NCBI GenBank assembly: GCA_050947035.1
Contig: JBMNVW010000002.1
Location: forward strand, 4,820 to 68,819
Source: Patescibacteria group bacterium
GTDB lineage: Bacteria; Patescibacteriota; Microgenomatia; 0-14-0-10-38-17
Direction of reading: 5' to 3'
DNA: 64,000 bases
Each line of letters opens with the position of its first letter. Within the stretch, counting starts at the first letter, position 1. Under the pieces are notes generated by a model that did no database searches, was not told the origin of the DNA, and worked only from the letters and a program-made list of their open reading frames with translations. Shown in pieces: positions 1 to 8,748 of this stretch. The translations under genes and the position numbers were made by a program.

Positions 1-1
1 A

Positions 2-3000
2 ACTTCCCCCACCTTCAAGTTACAAATTGCCGGATCCGGCGATTTACTTTCCATTGGCGATACGGCCGGGAACACCTTCTTCTCGGTGACTGATTCTTTA
101 ATTACCTCAAATCTTCCCCATACCTTTACCTCAAGTGGGGATGTGAGTATGGCCTATGATTTAATTTTTACTAATCAAACTTCTGCCAAGATTGAATCAT
201 ACGGCCCCTTCTCTATTATTGCCGGGGAGTCTCATGAATCAAACAATCTGACTCTAAAGACTTACAATGCCGGAAAGTTAATTGTTGATTCGGCTAACTT
301 CTGGGTAGATAGTGCTAATGTCGGTATCGGTACTACCGACCCCGCCTACACCCTGGATGTTAATGGCGATATTGGTATTGCTTCTGGGTCTGATTTGTAT
401 CTTGGTGGAATAGGGTTGGGTGGGACCGGCGGAGCCGGGTTGGTAGGATTTGATAATGCCGGACTAAGTTATGTGACCTCCTCGACGGTTCAAGGAGGAA
501 TAGAAGATTTGGATGGGGCTATCAGTAGTGTTTCTGGGGAGATTAGATGGACCATGGATGGAGATAGTGGTACTCCTCAGATTGTGGGGGCGGGCCAAAC
601 CGCCAGTTGGGTGGGGGGAACGGGAATTAGTACAACAGTGGGAGCCGACAGACAACTAACCATTGACTTTGATACGACCTGGGGAGATGGTCGATACATT
701 CAAGATCAGTTTTCTTCGGCCCAAGATGCTGATTTCTGGATTGATGGAGTTGGGTTAGTGGGCACCAGGTTGGGGGTGGGCGCCACTCACCCCTCCTACT
801 CTCTTTACACCACTGGCAACTTAGGGGTGGGAGGAACGGCTTACTTTGCTGGCAACGTCGGGGTGGGGACGACTTCGCCCTGGAATTTCTTGGATGTTTC
901 CACCGGTTCATCAACAAATACCACCGGTGTTATTGTCGGCGCCACGTCAGGTTCTTCGACAAATAACGATGCAACACTAATTGGCTTTCGGCTTCGTAAC
1001 ACTAACAATGGTTTCATGAACAGTTCTAATTTATACGATGCTGGCATAGCCGGTATCGTAAACGGAACAGGAGTAAATAGATCGGCATTAGCATTTTACA
1101 CACGTCAATCGTCAGCGGCGGTAGTAGAAAGAATGAGAATTGACTATTTGGGCTCCGTCGGCATTGGTACCACTGATCCTGCCGCCCTCCTCTCAGTCGG
1201 CGCCACCTCTCAATTCAGGGTTGATAGCAGTGGTGATATTACCCGGATTAAGAACCTGGCCTACTCTTGGCCATCAAGCCATACTGCTGATGGATTCTTA
1301 CAAGATGATGGTTCAGGCAACCTGGCTTGGACTACCATTGCTGGAGCGGGTGGAGTAACTGGAACTGGTACCCAAAACTATTTACCTATTTGGTTATCAG
1401 GCGGATCTAGTTTGGGAGATTCCTCTATTTATGAATCAGGCAATAATGTGGGAATTGGCGGAACGGCCCCTAGCACTTCTCCCTCCCTGTACGTGGGAGC
1501 AGATGGTAATGTGGGGATAGGAACGACGGGGCCGGGGGCAAAACTACATGTTCAATATCCAAGCTCAGGCGATATTATTTTTGACGCCGGTACTGGTGAT
1601 GGTGCCTCAGACATGAATATCCAATATGGTTACAACGGCTATGGCTGGTATTGGAAGTATTTAGGCAGTGGCTCTGGTGATAACAATGAATTACAGTTGT
1701 GGAGTGAGGGGGCGGGTAGTACTGATCAACAAGCATACGGAATAAAACAAAGCGGCAAAATGACTTTTTATCAGGATGCCACCTTTAATGGTGATATTTT
1801 AATGACCGATGACGATTACATCGGTATTAGCGGTGCAGAAAGAATCCAATTTGATACTGCCGGACATATTGAAATGATGGGGGCAAATGTGGGAATTGGG
1901 ACGACGGAGCCGCTAACTAAACTAGATATAAGAGATACAAGTCCCAAAATACATCTTTATGACTCCACAGCGCAAACCCAAACAAATTACCTGCTTGGTT
2001 CAATTGTAGCTAGTAACGCCTATACTCCATCTATAGATCGCACAGCCGCTAGTATTGATTTTTATTCCAATGCATCTCAATGGTTTAAGGGCGAGATTGT
2101 TTTTAAAACTAACAACTCAGATAGTACCGCTAATGCGGCTGTGGAAAGGGTTAGGATAAATGCGGCAGGCAACGTCGGCATCGGCACCAGCAGTCCCTCT
2201 GGAGCCCTGCAAGTAGTTGATGATGAGGTGCGAATTGGCAGTGGGGGGACGATAAATTATGCTACCGGGGATGGGGATCTTTACGTCCAAGATGATCTGG
2301 AAGTGGATGGAATAATTTATGGCACAATCGAAGGTTCATTTACCCCTTCCGGTGACTTAGACATGAATGAACACATTATCACTAATATCGGCAATACCGG
2401 AACAGATTTTACTAGCGGCGGTGGATTAACCTTGGCTGGTGATTTAACTGTTTCCGGGGGTGATATTGCCTTGGGCACAACCAATATCTTCTCTGGTGGT
2501 GATACAACAAGCTTGAATAATATTGATGCTATCAATGCCACTACAGAAAGCACCCTAGAGGGGGCATTAGATTTAACTGGGAGAATCACAGGAACATTAA
2601 ATAGCAACTCTTTCACTGTTTCCACTGATTGGGGTGATGTTTCCACTGATGCTTCCGGCAATGTGCAAATTGACAGCAATGTGGTTGGGGCAACTGAAGT
2701 AGCCGATGATTCTCTTGATTTTGCTCAATTCGCTGACAGTATGAGCCTCGATAATTTAACTAAGATTGATCTTAGCTCCTATGACTTTGGCTTTTATGGA
2801 ACTGGCAATGTGGGGATTGGTACCACCACCCCTTCCTACAAACTAGACATAGCTGGCACTGGTACTCTCTTTAGAATTGCTTCAGGAGGAACTGACCTTT
2901 TTACTGTTACAGATTCACTGATTACCTCTAACCTACCCCATACCTTTACCTCCAGTGGGGATGTGAGTATGGCTTACAACCTTCTCTTTACTAATCCCGC

Positions 3001-6000
3001 TGCCTCTTATGTCCGCTCCTCTGCCCCGCTATATATTGAGGCCGGAGAAACCTATGGTTCTTCAAATCTAACCTTGAGAACTTATAACACTGGCGATATT
3101 ATTTTAGAAAGCGCTAATCTCTGGGCCGACGGGTCAAGTGTCGGCATCGGCACCACTGATCCTTCTCAAGAGCTACATGTAAATGGAGATATCAGAGTTA
3201 CCGGTGGGTATTATGATTCCGAAAACAGTATTGGCTCCAACGGCGATGTCTTAACTTCCACTGGAGTGGGAACAACCTGGTCGTCTGTTTCTGATTTATC
3301 GGTTGGTAATGCCGATACTCTAGATACTCTAGATTCAACTGATTTCTTAAGAGCCACTGCTTCTGATACCTTTGAAGCTGGTAATACCCTAACTATCAAC
3401 GGAGCTTTGGATGTTAATGGGGCAGTAACTTTGGGTGATGGTGGTGATGATATTTCTATTAATAGTGATGATTGGGATATCTCAAGTGCTGGGGTAGGGT
3501 CTGGCTTTACCCAATTTAATGTTGACAACCTAAGACTAGATGGTAATACGCTATCAGCTACTAATGCTTCTGGGCTATATCTTTATGATGATGGTTCAAA
3601 TGGAATCTTTATCGAGGATGGGGGGAACGTGGGGGTGGGGACAACAGGTCCGAACTCTTCTCTGCATGTTAATGGCATGATAACGACTAACTCTGGTTTC
3701 GGTCTTAGTTTCGCTAACTATCACAAAATTTATGAAAAATCGTATAGCGTGAGAACAAGCGATCCTGCCACCTTGGTTGACGAAAATGGAAGCCCATTTG
3801 ACGTGAATAAAAGTTATCGTGTTAGGGGCGTAGTAACTAGCACAGGGACACAAACAGGAGCTGTAGCTTACTTTTATGGCAATGGGTCATCTTTTAGCAT
3901 ATATAAAAACTACGAATCTGGTAATACTTCTAATCATATTGAATTTTACCTTGATTCCGGTACTCCGAAAGTGCGCCTTTTTGATCATACTAGTTTTTAC
4001 AACGTTTCTGTTTTGACAGAAGAAGTTATCAATAAAGGACGCATCGCAGGACCAGAAATGTTCATTTATGCATATGGCGGCGGCAACGTCGGCATCGGAA
4101 CGACGAATCCCGGATCTTACAAGCTAAACGTGGCTGGTAATACCTACATTGATGGGGCCCTAACTACTACCGGAGCCATAACCGCCCCAACTAGTACTAA
4201 TACTATTAATAACTTAGTAATTAACTCCGGGACAATTACCTCTGGCACCTGGCAAGCAACCGCCATTGCCCCTACCTATGGCGGCACTGGAGATAATACC
4301 TCTTCTACCACTGGCGTTCCTTACATTACCGCTGGTAATTGGCAGTATGAGTCGACCCTTGATGAAACTAGAGGTGGAACTGGTTTATCCTCCTACTCGA
4401 CTGGGGATTTGCTTTATGCTTCAGGAACCGATACTTTAGGCAATTTGGGTATTGGCACTACAGGCCAAATCTTGACTGTTTCTGGCGGAGTGCCGGTTTG
4501 GGCGGACTCTTCAGGATTAGGAACCGATGACCAAACCTTGGCAGAGGTATTAACAGAGGGTAATACTACTTCAGGAAACAATATTGTTATGAGTACTACT
4601 GATGAGTTAAGGTTCTATGATGATGATACTGATCAGCGAATCTATGCTAGTGCTGATGGTACTCTTAACATTGCCAGTACCAACCTGGCAATAGATACTA
4701 GCAGCTGGGATATTTCTACTGCCGGGGTAGGCTCTGGCTTTACCCAATTTAATGTTGACAACCTAAGACTAGATGGTAATACCCTATCAGCTACTAATGC
4801 TTCTGGGCTATATCTTTATGATGATGGTTCTAATGGAATCTTTATCGAGGATGGGGGGAACGTGGGGATTGGGACGACGGATCCGGGGGCAAAACTGGAA
4901 GTGGCCGGCAATTTAAAAGCCGATAAATTTGTTGACACCGCCGGCGGCGGCGCTTACTATCTTGACCCTGCCCACGGAACCATCTCACTTCTTACCGCCG
5001 GCAATGCCGGTATTGGCACTGTCAGCGCTGATTATAGATTAGATGTTCGGTCCGGAACCACAGACAATGTAGCAAAATTCTCCTCTTCTGATGATTTGGG
5101 TCAAATACTAATAGCCGATAATGATACCACCACCTATCTTGGCGCCAAAGACAGTAGGGCATTTTTGGGATCAAGCAGTGGTCTTTCGAGCAACAATTTA
5201 GTAATTAACAGCGATGGCAACGTTGGCATCGGGACGACCGATCCCTCATATGATCTCCACGTTGCTGGCGATTCCTACGCCAATAGATTTCTAGCTCCTA
5301 ACGGCACCCCGAGCAACCCTGTTTATTCCTTTTTTGCCAGCCCCACAACGGGTATTTTTAGAGGTTTTGCTATTAACGAAATAGGTTTTAGTAATTCCGG
5401 CAGCACCAGCATGTTGATCAATGCCGATGGCAACGTTGGCATTGGAACAACTGATCCTGATTATAATCTGGAAGTTTCCGGGACATTAGGAATTGGTTCT
5501 ACTGCTTATTTCGGCTCTTTCGTCGGCCTAGGGGTCGCTTCGCCCAACACAACCTTGCACGTCAAGGACACCCAGGACTATCAATTGCTGTTGCAAAATA
5601 ATGACAACACTACTGGGGACACCGCCGGCCTTCTCTTTAAAGTTGCTACTCTTGATACAGCAAACGCCAAGGGGGGAATTTTGTTTGAAAGGACAGGTTC
5701 CTACGGTCGAGGCAGTATTCATTTTGTTGCCAATAATGACGCCGCAAATAGTGACGCCGATCTTGATGATAAGGCAATGACCATTTATGCCGATGGTAAT
5801 GTTGGTGTCGGGACAACATCGGTTAATAGCCCTTTTGGTGTTTATGGACAAATAGCCTCTTTTTCTCACCCAACCGCCACCAGTGGTAATGTTGTCTCTA
5901 TTCAAGCTGGTACCGGCACAGGGGCCAGCGCCAACAGAATACGATATGGAGGATCTGGTAATAACAGTCATAATTTTGACATTCAGGGTCCAGGAGATAC

Positions 6001-8242
6001 CTTTCTCATATACGGCAGCACTTATGATTCAACTATCTACCGGGCCGGCTACAGCTCTAGTTGGAACACTCCTTCTGATCAGAGAATTAAGACTGAGATA
6101 AACACTCTTAGTGGTGCTCTAGAAAAAATTACTCAGCTAAATCCAGTTACATTTAAGTGGAAAGATGACTATCGAAATAGTATTAATACCAATCTAAAAG
6201 ACATAAATTACGGCTTTATTGCTCAAGAGGTCCAACGGGTCATGCCCCACATGGTAACAATAAAAGACTCACTTAGCTACGGTGACACCACCATTGAAGA
6301 CTTCTTAAATTTAGACACCAGCGATCTCACCCCCTACATAGTCAAGGCAATTCAAGAACAACAAAGCCAAATAAACAATATTTCTCAAAAAGTAACTCTG
6401 CTCAACAATGACCTTTCTGTTACCAATTCTGGCGATCTAAATATCGAAATTGTCGGCGATGATTACCAAGTTCATAACACCTCTACTAATAAAATTGTTA
6501 ATCGGATAGGCTCCTTCGGGGAAACAGTAATTGCTAAGGCTAGAGTCGGCCTAATCGAAACAACTAGCCTAATTGCCGATACGGTGACTACCCGCCGAGT
6601 TAAATCTGAAAAGCTTCTCTCCCCCATTATCGAGACGGAGGAAATCAGACTCAAAGCGCAAAATTCAAAACTCAAAACCACAACTCAAAACTCAAAATTA
6701 TCAATTGTTAATTCGGCCAACGAACCAACGGCTGAATTTGATACGGAAACTAAAACCACTACCCTATTTGGTGACTTAATAATAGAGCGCGGACTAAAGT
6801 CCGCTACTTCAGAATTTGAGAAAACTAAAAGCAAACAAGCCACTTTTGGCGATTTGCTGGCCCAAAACGTCGGCATCGGTCAATTAGAGGCCGAAAGTGT
6901 TAAAACCGAAGAACTAGACGTTGCCCAAGATGCCACTATCGCCGGCACTCTATATGTTGATCGGGTTGTGGCTCGAGATGGGGGCTTTGGCGAACTTTTG
7001 GCTAAAGACATTAGCATGGATAGTCTAAGATCAATTGTGAGGGAAGAAATGGAAAAGAACACTGAGAACACGAATAATATAAGCACTGAGGACACGAATG
7101 TAAGCACGAATGACACAGAAAATACAGATTCCGGATCGGAGTCCGGAATGACCGAGACCTCGGAGTCCGAAATGACGGATGAAGAGATGGATATTGAAAG
7201 TTTGTTAGCCGAAGTGGAGGGCTGGCTAAATCTAAACACGGATAGTGATTTAGTCGTTGGTGAAGAAACAGCCATCCCTGAAAATCAAATTAACGCCATT
7301 GCCGATAATTTTATTCATCAGGGAGATTTAACTATCTTGGGACAAACGACTGCCAATAACGCTCTAATTACTGGACAATTAATTATTGGCGATTTAACTT
7401 TGGCTGATAACAGTATTAGCAACCTTAACGGCAACCTCTATCTGCAAAAAGAAGGCTTGGGCGGTTTGGATGTTTTAAATGGCAAGTTTATGATTGATAC
7501 CGAAGGCAACGTTTTTATCGCTCAACACCTAACAGTTAGCGGTGATTTAATGGCCGGAAAAATTAAACCCAAAGAGGGAGAGGATTTGGTTTTGGATTTG
7601 ATTAATAGTGTGGGACAGGGAGAGGATGACAATGAGGACACGAATGGGGACACGAATCAAACGAACGATGAAGAAAATGACACTGAGGATACGAATATTA
7701 ATACGAATAACGCAGAGAACACGCTAGAAGAAACAGGGTTTGGGAAACTGCTCGTCAAAGGAGCCAATCAAGAAACAGTCGCTCAAATTGATGCTTCCGG
7801 TTCAGCTCAATTTGCCGGCACGGTTAGGGCTGATAGCCTGGCCATATCAAAACCGGAAAATAGTCAAGAAGACATTGTTATCGCCGCCTCAGAAAATTTT
7901 GACCAGGTTAACATCTGGGCCCCGGGGATTACCAGCAACGCTTCGGCCGGCCAGGCCAGTCTTCCTGTCGGTCAAACCGATTTAATTATTTACAACAACC
8001 GACTAGTTGATGAATCAATGGTTTATCTTACCCCTACCTCTGACACCCAAAACCAGGTTCTTTATGTTAAAGCGAAAGTAGCGAAAAAGAACACTGAAGA
8101 CACGAATGGGAACACAAATGACACAAATAGTAATACGAATATCGACACAAATGACACGAACAATGATAAGAGTTACTTTGTGGTGGGGATAAACCAGTCC
8201 ATTAACGAAGAGGTGAAATTTAATTGGTGGATAATAAACTAA
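2..8242 (+). CDS. Giant repetitive surface/tail-fibre-like protein, 5'-partial (reading frame open to window edge). It has many G(N)VGIGTT(D/S)P repeats and a C-terminal peptidase S74 intramolecular chaperone domain, followed by acidic (D/E)TN-rich tracts.
   Basis: There is no in-frame stop from position 2 to the listed start at 86, which is a GTG. The upstream translation TSPTFKLQIAGSGDLLSIGDTAGNTFFSVTDSLITSN parallels the internal repeat around nt 2830-2930. More than 20 NVGIGTT motifs are present. The S74 signature SDQRIKTEINTL...NPVTFKWKDD...YGFIAQEVQ lies at about nt 6060-6400. Confidence 0.8.
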   Translation, partial: TSPTFKLQIAGSGDLLSIGDTAGNTFFSVTDSLITSNLPHTFTSSGDVSMAYDLIFTNQTSAKIESYGPFSIIAGESHESNNLTLKTYNAGKLIVDSANFWVDSANVGIGTTDPAYTLDVNGDIGIASGSDLYLGGIGLGGTGGAGLVGFDNAGLSYVTSSTVQGGIEDLDGAISSVSGEIRWTMDGDSGTPQIVGAGQTASWVGGTGISTTVGADRQLTIDFDTTWGDGRYIQDQFSSAQDADFWIDGVGLVGTRLGVGATHPSYSLYTTGNLGVGGTAYFAGNVGVGTTSPWNFLDVSTGSSTNTTGVIVGATSGSSTNNDATLIGFRLRNTNNGFMNSSNLYDAGIAGIVNGTGVNRSALAFYTRQSSAAVVERMRIDYLGSVGIGTTDPAALLSVGATSQFRVDSSGDITRIKNLAYSWPSSHTADGFLQDDGSGNLAWTTIAGAGGVTGTGTQNYLPIWLSGGSSLGDSSIYESGNNVGIGGTAPSTSPSLYVGADGNVGIGTTGPGAKLHVQYPSSGDIIFDAGTGDGASDMNIQYGYNGYGWYWKYLGSGSGDNNELQLWSEGAGSTDQQAYGIKQSGKMTFYQDATFNGDILMTDDDYIGISGAERIQFDTAGHIEMMGANVGIGTTEPLTKLDIRDTSPKIHLYDSTAQTQTNYLLGSIVASNAYTPSIDRTAASIDFYSNASQWFKGEIVFKTNNSDSTANAAVERVRINAAGNVGIGTSSPSGALQVVDDEVRIGSGGTINYATGDGDLYVQDDLEVDGIIYGTIEGSFTPSGDLDMNEHIITNIGNTGTDFTSGGGLTLAGDLTVSGGDIALGTTNIFSGGDTTSLNNIDAINATTESTLEGALDLTGRITGTLNSNSFTVSTDWGDVSTDASGNVQIDSNVVGATEVADDSLDFAQFADSMSLDNLTKIDLSSYDFGFYGTGNVGIGTTTPSYKLDIAGTGTLFRIASGGTDLFTVTDSLITSNLPHTFTSSGDVSMAYNLLFTNPAASYVRSSAPLYIEAGETYGSSNLTLRTYNTGDIILESANLWADGSSVGIGTTDPSQELHVNGDIRVTGGYYDSENSIGSNGDVLTSTGVGTTWSSVSDLSVGNADTLDTLDSTDFLRATASDTFEAGNTLTINGALDVNGAVTLGDGGDDISINSDDWDISSAGVGSGFTQFNVDNLRLDGNTLSATNASGLYLYDDGSNGIFIEDGGNVGVGTTGPNSSLHVNGMITTNSGFGLSFANYHKIYEKSYSVRTSDPATLVDENGSPFDVNKSYRVRGVVTSTGTQTGAVAYFYGNGSSFSIYKNYESGNTSNHIEFYLDSGTPKVRLFDHTSFYNVSVLTEEVINKGRIAGPEMFIYAYGGGNVGIGTTNPGSYKLNVAGNTYIDGALTTTGAITAPTSTNTINNLVINSGTITSGTWQATAIAPTYGGTGDNTSSTTGVPYITAGNWQYESTLDETRGGTGLSSYSTGDLLYASGTDTLGNLGIGTTGQILTVSGGVPVWADSSGLGTDDQTLAEVLTEGNTTSGNNIVMSTTDELRFYDDDTDQRIYASADGTLNIASTNLAIDTSSWDISTAGVGSGFTQFNVDNLRLDGNTLSATNASGLYLYDDGSNGIFIEDGGNVGIGTTDPGAKLEVAGNLKADKFVDTAGGGAYYLDPAHGTISLLTAGNAGIGTVSADYRLDVRSGTTDNVAKFSSSDDLGQILIADNDTTTYLGAKDSRAFLGSSSGLSSNNLVINSDGNVGIGTTDPSYDLHVAGDSYANRFLAPNGTPSNPVYSFFASPTTGIFRGFAINEIGFSNSGSTSMLINADGNVGIGTTDPDYNLEVSGTLGIGSTAYFGSFVGLGVASPNTTLHVKDTQDYQLLLQNNDNTTGDTAGLLFKVATLDTANAKGGILFERTGSYGRGSIHFVANNDAANSDADLDDKAMTIYADGNVGVGTTSVNSPFGVYGQIASFSHPTATSGNVVSIQAGTGTGASANRIRYGGSGNNSHNFDIQGPGDTFLIYGSTYDSTIYRAGYSSSWNTPSDQRIKTEINTLSGALEKITQLNPVTFKWKDDYRNSINTNLKDINYGFIAQEVQRVMPHMVTIKDSLSYGDTTIEDFLNLDTSDLTPYIVKAIQEQQSQINNISQKVTLLNNDLSVTNSGDLNIEIVGDDYQVHNTSTNKIVNRIGSFGETVIAKARVGLIETTSLIADTVTTRRVKSEKLLSPIIETEEIRLKAQNSKLKTTTQNSKLSIVNSANEPTAEFDTETKTTTLFGDLIIERGLKSATSEFEKTKSKQATFGDLLAQNVGIGQLEAESVKTEELDVAQDATIAGTLYVDRVVARDGGFGELLAKDISMDSLRSIVREEMEKNTENTNNISTEDTNVSTNDTENTDSGSESGMTETSESEMTDEEMDIESLLAEVEGWLNLNTDSDLVVGEETAIPENQINAIADNFIHQGDLTILGQTTANNALITGQLIIGDLTLADNSISNLNGNLYLQKEGLGGLDVLNGKFMIDTEGNVFIAQHLTVSGDLMAGKIKPKEGEDLVLDLINSVGQGEDDNEDTNGDTNQTNDEENDTEDTNINTNNAENTLEETGFGKLLVKGANQETVAQIDASGSAQFAGTVRADSLAISKPENSQEDIVIAASENFDQVNIWAPGITSNASAGQASLPVGQTDLIIYNNRLVDESMVYLTPTSDTQNQVLYVKAKVAKKNTEDTNGNTNDTNSNTNIDTNDTNNDKSYFVVGINQSINEEVKFNWWIIN

Positions 8243-8274
8243 ATTTCTAATTACTAATTTCTAATCAAATCCCA

Positions 8275-8643
8275 ATGACCAATGATCAAAAAAAATATGA
8301 CTTGGAGGAAAGAACTGCTCGCTTTGCTGAAAATGTCATTCGATTCTGTAAAACAATCAAAATTAACGACATCAATCGACCTTTAATTAGTCAATTAATT
8401 AGGGCTAGTACTAGCATAGCCGCTAATTACTGCGAGGCTGATGATGCTGAATCAAGGAATGATTTTAAACATAAGATTGGTATTTGCAAAAAAGAGGCCA
8501 GAGAATCTAAAAGTTGGTTAAGAATGCTAGTCGTTGCTAATCCGGAAACAAAAAAAGAAGCAAGAAGGCTTTGGCAGGAAGCGAAAGAGCTTCACTTAAT
8601 CTTTAACGCTATCACTCATTCCACTAACAAAAACAAAAAATAA
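8275..8643 (+). CDS. Four-helix-bundle protein of the 23S rRNA intervening-sequence protein family, located outside the rRNA genes.
   Basis: The protein is 122 aa and its sequence (ERTARFAENVIRFCKTI...ASTSIAANYCEA...KEARESKSWLRM) is typical of this family. It is flanked by inverted AT-rich arms: aaatttctaattactaatttctaat upstream and attagtaattagtaattagaaatt downstream. Confidence 0.7.
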   Translation: MTNDQKKYDLEERTARFAENVIRFCKTIKINDINRPLISQLIRASTSIAANYCEADDAESRNDFKHKIGICKKEARESKSWLRMLVVANPETKKEARRLWQEAKELHLIFNAITHSTNKNKK

Positions 8644-8748
8644 TGATTTGTTGGACATTTGGATTTAGACATTGACTAGAAATTAGTAATTAGTAATTAG
8701 AAATTCTTCTCCGTCCCTGTTCGTATCTTTCGTGTGCTTTTAGTATTA

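Noticed and set aside
1-8242. Giant tail-fibre-like gene as evidence of a prophage.
   Set aside because: There are no capsid, terminase, portal, baseplate or integrase genes anywhere in the 64 kb. The neighbours are housekeeping genes. It is more likely a cellular surface fibre.
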